DNA of 64,000 nucleotides from Acidobacteriota bacterium (GTDB taxonomy: Bacteria; Acidobacteriota; Polarisedimenticolia; Gp22-AA2; AA152). A model generated the notes under the pieces. The model was given only the letters and a program-made list of their open reading frames with translations. It ran no database searches and was not told the DNA's origin. The stretch lies in the NCBI GenBank assembly GCA_003222305.1, contig QHVQ01000010.1:369-64368 (forward strand), written 5' to 3'. Position numbers and translations under genes: made by a program. Positions 55,925 through 62,947 of the stretch are shown here, piece by piece (the stretch's first letter is position 1; each line of letters starts with the position of its first letter).

Positions 55925-57057
55925 TCATGCTTGAAGAACGCCGCCCGCTGAGCATCCTTTTCTACGTCGAAGGGCTCGACATCGGGGGCGCCAATCAGAC
56001 CACCGTGACCACGGCCGTCGCCATGAGCAAGCGGGGTCACGCGGTCTGCTTCGCGGCCCAGGATGGTCCGTTGAGGGAACGGCTCGAAGCCGCAGGAATT
56101 CCTCACTTCGCAGTGGATACGGATGTCAGACATCCGAATCTCGCGGTGGCCCGCCGACTCGGGGGAATCCTCGATCGGGAACGCGTCGAGATCGCTTGTG
56201 CGAATGGATGGGATTGTTTCGCGGACATGCTCTTGGCCACCATCCCCCGGGGGATTCCGTGCGTGCCCACGTTTCCCTCCATCTACCCCGAGTACCACCA
56301 TCCCCGGGTCGAGAAGGCCATCGTGTTCAGTGGAGAGTACCGGGAGGCTCTGATCCGCGATTACGGGTGGAAGCCCGAGTCGTTGGAGATGCTGGTCAGC
56401 CGTATCGACACCCAGAGATTTCGCCCTAACCTGGACGGAAGCGAGCTGCGAGCGCGCTGGGGCCTGGCGCCGGACTCTCCGATGGTCTTCATGGGGTGCC
56501 GCCAGGATGCGATGAAGATCGAGGGAATCCGATTCCTGCTGGACGCCGTCCCTTCGATGGCCGACCGGTGCCCCCGGGCCCGCGTCGTCCTGGCGGGAGA
56601 CGGGGCGCTCGCCGGCGAAGTGGCGGAGCGGGCGGCGGCTCTCAACGAAACCATCGGACATCCTTATATCGTCCTGGCTGGAAAGGTTCTGGAAATGCAG
56701 AAGGCTTTCGCCGCCGCCGACGTGGTGGTGGGCAACGGGGCGCGGTCCGGCATGGAGGGGCTGGCCTGCGGCCGTCCGGTGGCCTCGGTGGGTCCGTCGG
56801 GATTCGCCGGAATCATGACCCCTGTGAACATAGAGGACTTCGCCTATTACAACTTCGACAAGGGGAGAGTCTATGACGGGACGACCCGGAAGGATCCGGT
56901 CGCGCTGGCGGACGCCGTCGCGGGGCTCCTGGCCGACCCAGAGCTTCGCAAGTCTCTTGGGGAATTCGGCCGCAAGTTTTCCCAGGAGCGACTGTCGGTG
57001 GACGCCGGCGCCGCCCGGCTCGAGGAGATCCTACGTTCCCAGCAGCCGCTGGGCTGG
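55921..57057 (+). other. GT4 glycosyltransferase module (codons 1-378 of the fused ORF)
   Basis: ILFYVEGLDIGGANQTTV, VLAGDG, VVGNGARSGMEGLACGRPV, LGEFGRKFSQERLSVD. Confidence 0.6.
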
Positions 57058-60000
57058 ATGAAAAAACTTGGGCTGGCCAAAGAGCTGGCCGCAGGAGTCA
57101 TTTCCTTCGGCTGGTTCTCCGGGCGCCGGAAGGTCAGGAAGATCCTCCTGGGTTCCGCTGGCCCTTCCCGTGCGGTGTTCGACAGTCCGTCGAAGGGGCC
57201 GGGGTTCCTGAGGAACAGCGCCACCACCTTTCTCACGGCAGTGTTTGGTCTTGGCGTAGGGGTCGTCCAGGCAGCCGTGACGGCGCGCATTCTCCGCCCC
57301 GAAGGGAAGGGAGAGCTGGCCGCTGTTCTCATCCTCCCGCAGCTGCTCGCTACGCTGGCGCCCCTGGGCATCAATTGGGCCTCCACCTACCACCTCGGGC
57401 GGAAAACCTTCGATCGGGAAGTGCTGATTCGTACCGTCATCACGGCCCTCATCCTGCTGAGCGCCACCGGCATGCTGGGCTGCCTGGTGGCAGGCCATTT
57501 CCTCCGCGACAGCATCCTCCAGGGAGTCTCCAGGACCGCTTTTTTCATGGCGGTTCTGACCATTCCCACCCAGATCTGCCTCCTCTTCCTTACCGGAATT
57601 TTCCGAGGTGAGATGCGGATCGCTGAAGCCAACCTGATGGATGTCTGCCGCACGGTCCTGATGTTCGCTTTGATCCTTGGGGGACTCGTGGTCCTGAAGC
57701 TGGGGGTAAGGGGTGTGGTGCTGGGGCAGCTCTTGGGTGAAGGGCTGGTGGCCATCCTGGCCTTTCGGCGGCTCGGGGGGATCCCGGCCGTGCCCTTGCT
57801 TCGCTGGGACGTTTTGCGACGCCTCATGGGATTCGGAGTCCAGATCTACAGCTTCTCCATCCTGCTTTATCTGAACTATCGGTTCGACCTGTTCCTGGTG
57901 CGCAGCCGACTGGACCTTGTCCAGACGGGTCTCTATGCTACCGCCGTGAGCCTCGCGGAAATCCTCTGGCTCTTACCCAATGCCATGGGAAGCGTGCTCT
58001 TCCCCAGCGTGGCCCAAACCTCGGGAGGAGACAGGGACCAGCTGACCCTGGCCGTCTGCCGGAGGAGTTTTTGGATAATGTTGATCTTGTGCGCCCTGTT
58101 GGCTGCCGGGCGCCAGCTGGCGCTGAAGATCTTTTTCGGTGCAAGCTTCGTGGCGGCGTCACCTGCCCTGCTGGCTCTCCTGCCGGGCATCTTGGCCATG
58201 TCGATCCAGCTGGTGCTCGGCTCCGCACTGTCGGGACGCGGGCGCCCACTTCCCGTGACCGTGGGTGCCGCGCTTGCGTTCGTGGTCAACGTCGTCCTGA
58301 ATCTCCTCTGGATTCCTCGTTACGGAATCGTCGGTGCTTCGCTCGCTTCCAGCGTTTCCTATGCCCTGGTGACCTTGGTCGTGATCGTGGCCTGCGGCGG
58401 GAGGACCTTGCAAAGCTGGCGGGATTGCTGGGCCGTTTTCGGGAGGCGCTGGCATGAGGGGATGGGGAAAGCCAGGCTTCCGTGGCCATTTCATGGACAG
58501 GAGCTGAGTGTGTGCGGCATCGCGGGAATCCTCTCTCTTACGGGCCCCCTCCCCCCCGGCGCCCAGCATCGACTCCGGAACGCCGCGGCTTCCCTGCACC
58601 ATCGCGGTCCCGACGACGAAGGGTTCTATCTTCAAGGAGAAATGGGGCTAGCTTTCCGCCGTCTTTCCATCCTGGACCTCGCGGGAGGCCACCAGCCCAT
58701 GGGTAATGAGGACGGATCGATCCAGGTGATTTTCAATGGCGAGATTTACAACTACCGGGAACTGACGCGGGATCTGATAAGCCGCGGGCACCAGTTCCGG
58801 ACTCGCTCCGACACCGAGGTGTTAGTCCACCTCTACGAAGAAAAGGGGCCGGACCTCGTGCACGAACTGAGGGGAATGTTTGCCTTCGCTCTGTGGGATC
58901 TTCGAAAGCGCTCCCTGCTGCTGGCGCGGGATCGACTGGGAATCAAGCCCCTTTTCTACCGAAAGCACGCCGAGGAGCTGATTTTCGCCTCGGAGATCAA
59001 GGGCATTCTGGCGACCTTGCCCGCCTCCGCAAGGGAAATGAACGCCTCGAGTCTGGGGCGGTACCTGGTCTTCGGCTACCTGTCGGGTGATCGCAGCTTC
59101 TTTCGAGGAATCCAGAAGCTCCCGCCCGGACACGTGCTGGTGTGCCGGGACGGAGTGGTGGTCCTGCGAAGGTACTGGTCACTTCCGCCTGTGGATCCAG
59201 CGCCCCCCTTCTCACGCGAGGGGGCGGTGTGCACTCTCAGGGATCTTCTCGAGGAGTCGGTCCGGCTTCGCTTGATCAGCGACGTGCCCCTGGGAGCCTT
59301 CCTGAGCGGCGGCATCGATTCGAGCTGTGTGGTGTCTATGATGCGGCGCGTCTCACACGATCCCGTCCGGACCTTCTCCATCGGCTTCGGAGGTGAATCG
59401 TCCAGTGAGCTGCCGGTGTCGCGGAGGGTCGCATCGACGCTGCGAACCGACCATCATGAGCTGGTGGCCAACCCCGATGCCGTCTCCCTAGTGGATCAAG
59501 TGGTCGCTTCGTTCGACGAGCCCTTTGGAGATTCTTCGGCCATCCCCACTTTCCTCGTGTCGCGGCTGGCCCGATCCGAAGTTACGGTCGCCCTCTCGGG
59601 GGACGGAGGGGACGAATTGTTCTGCGGCTACACACGCTACAGGAACTTGAGGCGACTGGAATCTTTGCGTCCGCTGCCGGCATTCTTCCGGAGGGGAATT
59701 CGCGGGGCTCTGCTGCGATGGGGCCCGCAGTCCTTTTGGGCGCTGCGGGCTGCGGCGGCCCTGCGGCGCAGCCTGAAGTCTTTTCCCCGGGACTACCTCG
59801 ATTCGCTCAATCTTCTCCTGGACCCCCGAGTGGCGCCGGCGCTCGCACCGGAGGTTCTCCCCTCGGAAGACGCGGTGGACTGGGAGATTTCTGTGGACGG
59901 TGGCGGAGCGGATCCGGTGGAGGGTGCCCAGCGACTGGATCTGTACCATTATTTGCCGGAGGACATCCTGGCCAAAGTAGATCGGATGAGCATGGCGTGC

Positions 60001-60465
60001 TCGCTCGAAGCCAGGGTGCCTCTCCTGGACCATCGGCTGGTAGAGTTCGTGACCTCCCTGCCCCCCGCCTGGAAGCAGAAGGGTGGAAGGCCGAAGTCGC
60101 TTCTGCTGGAGGCCGCCGGACAGGAGCTTCCCCATCAAGTTTGGAACAGGCCGAAACAAGGGTTCTCCATGCCGCTTGGCAACTGGTTCAGGGGGGAGCT
60201 CGGAGATTACTTGCGGGACGTGCTGCTCGGGACTAAGGCGAGACAGCGCGGAATCTGGAACTCGGCCGGCCTGGAATCCATGATGGAGGCCCATCAGCGC
60301 GGAATCTGGGATCTCTCCGAACAGCTTTGGAGCTTCCTGATCCTCGAGCTGTGGAACCGGCGCTACCTGGATGGCGCTCAATCCCTGCCAGCGGTCTCGC
60401 CGGGGGGCCGTGGGGATGCCGGGTGGCCGCTTCGCGACCCCGTAGGCGAAGGGACGGTGCGGTGA
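55921..60465 (+). CDS. uninterrupted 1514-codon ORF encoding three modules: GT4 glycosyltransferase, MOP/Wzx-type polysaccharide flippase, AsnB-type glutamine amidotransferase
   Basis: The ORF track gives one open frame. The GTG 55921 start forms a GTGA overlap with the upstream stop (ATG 55927 is the alternative). All three modules are recognisable in this one frame, and no in-frame stop occurs at either junction. Confidence 0.6.
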   Translation: MIMLEERRPLSILFYVEGLDIGGANQTTVTTAVAMSKRGHAVCFAAQDGPLRERLEAAGIPHFAVDTDVRHPNLAVARRLGGILDRERVEIACANGWDCFADMLLATIPRGIPCVPTFPSIYPEYHHPRVEKAIVFSGEYREALIRDYGWKPESLEMLVSRIDTQRFRPNLDGSELRARWGLAPDSPMVFMGCRQDAMKIEGIRFLLDAVPSMADRCPRARVVLAGDGALAGEVAERAAALNETIGHPYIVLAGKVLEMQKAFAAADVVVGNGARSGMEGLACGRPVASVGPSGFAGIMTPVNIEDFAYYNFDKGRVYDGTTRKDPVALADAVAGLLADPELRKSLGEFGRKFSQERLSVDAGAARLEEILRSQQPLGWMKKLGLAKELAAGVISFGWFSGRRKVRKILLGSAGPSRAVFDSPSKGPGFLRNSATTFLTAVFGLGVGVVQAAVTARILRPEGKGELAAVLILPQLLATLAPLGINWASTYHLGRKTFDREVLIRTVITALILLSATGMLGCLVAGHFLRDSILQGVSRTAFFMAVLTIPTQICLLFLTGIFRGEMRIAEANLMDVCRTVLMFALILGGLVVLKLGVRGVVLGQLLGEGLVAILAFRRLGGIPAVPLLRWDVLRRLMGFGVQIYSFSILLYLNYRFDLFLVRSRLDLVQTGLYATAVSLAEILWLLPNAMGSVLFPSVAQTSGGDRDQLTLAVCRRSFWIMLILCALLAAGRQLALKIFFGASFVAASPALLALLPGILAMSIQLVLGSALSGRGRPLPVTVGAALAFVVNVVLNLLWIPRYGIVGASLASSVSYALVTLVVIVACGGRTLQSWRDCWAVFGRRWHEGMGKARLPWPFHGQELSVCGIAGILSLTGPLPPGAQHRLRNAAASLHHRGPDDEGFYLQGEMGLAFRRLSILDLAGGHQPMGNEDGSIQVIFNGEIYNYRELTRDLISRGHQFRTRSDTEVLVHLYEEKGPDLVHELRGMFAFALWDLRKRSLLLARDRLGIKPLFYRKHAEELIFASEIKGILATLPASAREMNASSLGRYLVFGYLSGDRSFFRGIQKLPPGHVLVCRDGVVVLRRYWSLPPVDPAPPFSREGAVCTLRDLLEESVRLRLISDVPLGAFLSGGIDSSCVVSMMRRVSHDPVRTFSIGFGGESSSELPVSRRVASTLRTDHHELVANPDAVSLVDQVVASFDEPFGDSSAIPTFLVSRLARSEVTVALSGDGGDELFCGYTRYRNLRRLESLRPLPAFFRRGIRGALLRWGPQSFWALRAAAALRRSLKSFPRDYLDSLNLLLDPRVAPALAPEVLPSEDAVDWEISVDGGGADPVEGAQRLDLYHYLPEDILAKVDRMSMACSLEARVPLLDHRLVEFVTSLPPAWKQKGGRPKSLLLEAAGQELPHQVWNRPKQGFSMPLGNWFRGELGDYLRDVLLGTKARQRGIWNSAGLESMMEAHQRGIWDLSEQLWSFLILELWNRRYLDGAQSLPAVSPGGRGDAGWPLRDPVGEGTVR
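57058..58509 (+). other. MOP-superfamily flippase module (codons 379-863), beginning at an in-frame ATG
   Basis: FLRNSATTFLTAVFGLGVGVVQAAVTARILRPEGKGELAAV, followed by about 12 TM helices to GIVGASLASSVSYALVTLVVIV. Confidence 0.6.
58510..60465 (+). CDS. asparagine synthase (glutamine-hydrolysing) family amidotransferase, candidate independent translation unit inside the fused ORF
   Basis: AGGAG (58499-58503) lies 6 nt before GTG 58510, followed by CGIAGIL (M-C-G-I-A-G Ntn nucleophile context). Motifs: HRGPDDEG, RLSILD, NGEIYNY, SDTEVL, FLSGGIDSS PP-loop. At 651 aa it is a normal AsnB length. Confidence 0.6.
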   Translation: MCGIAGILSLTGPLPPGAQHRLRNAAASLHHRGPDDEGFYLQGEMGLAFRRLSILDLAGGHQPMGNEDGSIQVIFNGEIYNYRELTRDLISRGHQFRTRSDTEVLVHLYEEKGPDLVHELRGMFAFALWDLRKRSLLLARDRLGIKPLFYRKHAEELIFASEIKGILATLPASAREMNASSLGRYLVFGYLSGDRSFFRGIQKLPPGHVLVCRDGVVVLRRYWSLPPVDPAPPFSREGAVCTLRDLLEESVRLRLISDVPLGAFLSGGIDSSCVVSMMRRVSHDPVRTFSIGFGGESSSELPVSRRVASTLRTDHHELVANPDAVSLVDQVVASFDEPFGDSSAIPTFLVSRLARSEVTVALSGDGGDELFCGYTRYRNLRRLESLRPLPAFFRRGIRGALLRWGPQSFWALRAAAALRRSLKSFPRDYLDSLNLLLDPRVAPALAPEVLPSEDAVDWEISVDGGGADPVEGAQRLDLYHYLPEDILAKVDRMSMACSLEARVPLLDHRLVEFVTSLPPAWKQKGGRPKSLLLEAAGQELPHQVWNRPKQGFSMPLGNWFRGELGDYLRDVLLGTKARQRGIWNSAGLESMMEAHQRGIWDLSEQLWSFLILELWNRRYLDGAQSLPAVSPGGRGDAGWPLRDPVGEGTVR

Positions 60466-61886
60466 GACGCCAAGTGCGAGCGCTGGTGGACATCCGACGG
60501 TGGAGCTGGGAGACCCGGGTCTCGACAGCGGCGGTGTCCGCCCTCACGCTCCTGGTGGCGCTATGGCTTTACCTGGGTATCCCAATGTTGTGGTTGCCGG
60601 CACTCGCGGCGGCGAGCGCGCTGACGATCTTCACGCTCCACCAACCGGTCTTCGGGGTGCTGGCGGTGGTGGCCGCGCAATACTTGCCCATTGCCGTGGG
60701 GCAGCTCACCCTATTCCAATTGCTCGGCGGAATGGTGACGATTCTCTGTCTCATCTTCTACGCAGTCAATCGTCGTGGGCTCGTGCTGTCCAATATGATT
60801 CCCCCCATCCTGGCCTTCACTCTTCTGGCGCTGCAGTCCCTTTCCTTCACGCACGATGCTGATTTGACGCAATACCTGATCAGGAAGTTGATCTTCAACG
60901 CACTCTTCTGCCTGCTTCTGGTCAACGTCATCGACGACCTTCAGAAGTTCCGGTGGCTCTTGTGGGTCGTCGTCGGCTTAGGGATGATCAACTCTCTGGT
61001 CGCGACGGTTCAGTTCTGGCTGGGGCATGCCAGAATAGAAGAGTTCAGCGGAGTCTTCAGGGCCAAGGGGCTGTTGGAGAACGAAAACCAGCTGGGGGAG
61101 ATCACGGCGCTTTGCCTGATGGTCCCCCTCCAGCTCTTTCTGGCCGGAGACCGGCGCTGGAAGAGAGGCGCGGGACTGCTGATCTGCGTGTTGCTCTCCT
61201 TCGGCCTCGTCACCTCCATTTCGCGGGGTGCCGTTTTAGCGGTCCTTGCCGGGCTCGGCTACGTGGCCCTGCGCGCCAGTCATCACCGAAGGCGACTGCT
61301 GGTCTTCGCAGTCCTCGTCGCCGCAGCCTTTCCGTTCCTTCCGGAGGCGTTTTTCGCCCGCTTCAGAAACCTTAATCAGGAGATGCGGGGGACTGTCGCC
61401 CTCTCGCGACGCGTGGGTCTGACCGAACGAGGGTACTTCAACAAGGCCGGGATTAGAATTTGGAAGGCGCATCCCATCCTCGGCGTCGGGCTGGGGAACT
61501 ACGGCTTCTATTACATCCTTCCCGAATTCAACCCGGGGCGGCGGGGAAGCACGAAACTACCTCCCCACAACCTCTATGTCCAAGCGCTGGCGGAGACGGG
61601 GATCGTCGGCTTCCTTGTCCTTTGCTGGTGGATTTTCCTGGCGGGATTGAACTACTGGAATGCACAGAGGAACTGGGAGGGAAGCCGCATGGATCTGGCC
61701 TATATTCGGGCCTGCGAGGCCCTGACCATCGTGGCCCTGGTGATGTATTTTTCTGGGGGAGCTATCATGTACACGAACTTCGCTATGGTGCTGACGCTGA
61801 GCTATGTCTGCAGGCGCTGCGCCGGGAGGGTTCAGGCCGCTGCCGCCCTTCCCGGACCTGCCCCGGGAACGGTGGTCCCCGCGTGA
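60462..61886 (+). CDS. second O-antigen ligase/polymerase family (Wzy_C domain) membrane protein
   Basis: GTG 60462 start in a GTGA overlap with the previous stop. Many TM helices. SISRGA...GVGLGNY...PHNLYVQALAETGIVGF. Confidence 0.7.
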   Translation: MRRQVRALVDIRRWSWETRVSTAAVSALTLLVALWLYLGIPMLWLPALAAASALTIFTLHQPVFGVLAVVAAQYLPIAVGQLTLFQLLGGMVTILCLIFYAVNRRGLVLSNMIPPILAFTLLALQSLSFTHDADLTQYLIRKLIFNALFCLLLVNVIDDLQKFRWLLWVVVGLGMINSLVATVQFWLGHARIEEFSGVFRAKGLLENENQLGEITALCLMVPLQLFLAGDRRWKRGAGLLICVLLSFGLVTSISRGAVLAVLAGLGYVALRASHHRRRLLVFAVLVAAAFPFLPEAFFARFRNLNQEMRGTVALSRRVGLTERGYFNKAGIRIWKAHPILGVGLGNYGFYYILPEFNPGRRGSTKLPPHNLYVQALAETGIVGFLVLCWWIFLAGLNYWNAQRNWEGSRMDLAYIRACEALTIVALVMYFSGGAIMYTNFAMVLTLSYVCRRCAGRVQAAAALPGPAPGTVVPA

Positions 61887-62062
61887 TCGAGTTTCCGGCT
61901 CTGGGCAAGATCGAGAAAGGCGCCTGGAACAGCCGAATGGCGCCAGCGCCACTTTCGAAAGTCCACTCGTTCACCGCCGGGATGCTTTCCCGTGTGGGTG
62001 GAGTCCTTTTTCCGAGCCCGGGGGACTCGCTCGGGACAGCGGTACCGGGGCCCACCCGATGA
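61883..62062 (+). CDS. candidate 59-aa bridging ORF between the Wzy-like gene and the deacetylase gene
   Basis: GTG 61883 overlaps the upstream stop as GTGA, and its TGA overlaps the downstream ATG 62059 as ATGA. It encodes VIEFPALGKIEKGAWNSRMAPAPLSKVHSFTAGMLSRVGGVLFPSPGDSLGTAVPGPTR. By my count, 42 of 59 codons end in G or C. I recognise no homology. Confidence 0.3.
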   Translation: MIEFPALGKIEKGAWNSRMAPAPLSKVHSFTAGMLSRVGGVLFPSPGDSLGTAVPGPTR

Positions 62063-62832
62063 GTTTTCAGATCCTGCTCTATCACGGCCTCTACCGCGAG
62101 AGAGAGGAGATTCGTGGGAAGCCCGCTCGTGAGTACGTGTCAGAGCGAGATTTTAGGGGGCAAGTACGTTGGCTGAGAGAGAACGGGTATTCGTTGCTGA
62201 CGCTGGGGGAATGCCTGAGCCGTTCGGAGCGCGGAGAGCTTCCACGCCGGACCGTCTGCCTGAGCTTCGACGACGGGAAGCGGAGCGATCTGGAGCTGGC
62301 GGCTCCCGTCCTCGCGGAGGAAGGTGTCCGGGGAACGTTCTTTGTCATTCCCGGCTGGTTGGGAAATCCAAACATCATGGTACCTGAGGAAGTCAGGCGG
62401 CTCGCCGGGATGGGGATGGAGATCGGCTCCCATTCCATGACTCACCCCTTCATGAGCACGCTGAGTCAGGCCGAAATGGATCGGGAGGCTGCGGACTCAA
62501 AGCGGTTTCTCGAGAACCTCGTCGGCACCTCGGTGGAAAACTTCTCCTATCCCTTCGGAGATGTGGACCGGCGCTCCCGTGACGCCGTGGTCCGGGCTGG
62601 TTACCGCACGGCCTGTGGGACGCGCCGAGGGGCCAACACTCCGCCCTGGGACTGGCTCCTGCTGAGACGATGGGGGATGCACGAGACCACGGGACTAGAG
62701 GGCCTGCGCCGGATTCTCGATCGGGGAACACCCACCCTGCTGGAGCGTGGCGCCGACTGGGTCAAGCGCAGCGTAGGGACCGATCGCTACGTTCGCTGGA
62801 GGGAGCGGATCCTGCGGCGCGCAGGGGAGTGA
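62059..62832 (+). CDS. polysaccharide deacetylase (NodB/CE4 family)
   Basis: ILLYHG, CLSFDDG, TFFVI, EIGSHSMTH, FSYPFG. Trimmed to ATG 62059. Confidence 0.8.
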   Translation: MSFQILLYHGLYREREEIRGKPAREYVSERDFRGQVRWLRENGYSLLTLGECLSRSERGELPRRTVCLSFDDGKRSDLELAAPVLAEEGVRGTFFVIPGWLGNPNIMVPEEVRRLAGMGMEIGSHSMTHPFMSTLSQAEMDREAADSKRFLENLVGTSVENFSYPFGDVDRRSRDAVVRAGYRTACGTRRGANTPPWDWLLLRRWGMHETTGLEGLRRILDRGTPTLLERGADWVKRSVGTDRYVRWRERILRRAGE

Positions 62833-62947
62833 ACCGTGCTCCGGATGGCAGCCTGCTCGTTCCACCGGAACGCCGTCGCGCTGCTGGCTCACGTCGATCT
62901 CGACTTTCCCATGCTCCTGACTTTCCCGTGAGAGCCGGTGAAAGACG

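Noticed and set aside
57055-57057. TGG before the in-frame ATG 57058 as evidence for UGA-to-Trp recoding or an alternative genetic code
   Set aside because: TGA is used as the terminator by most genes in this window, including the immediate neighbours. A point mutation or a sequencing error is a simpler explanation.
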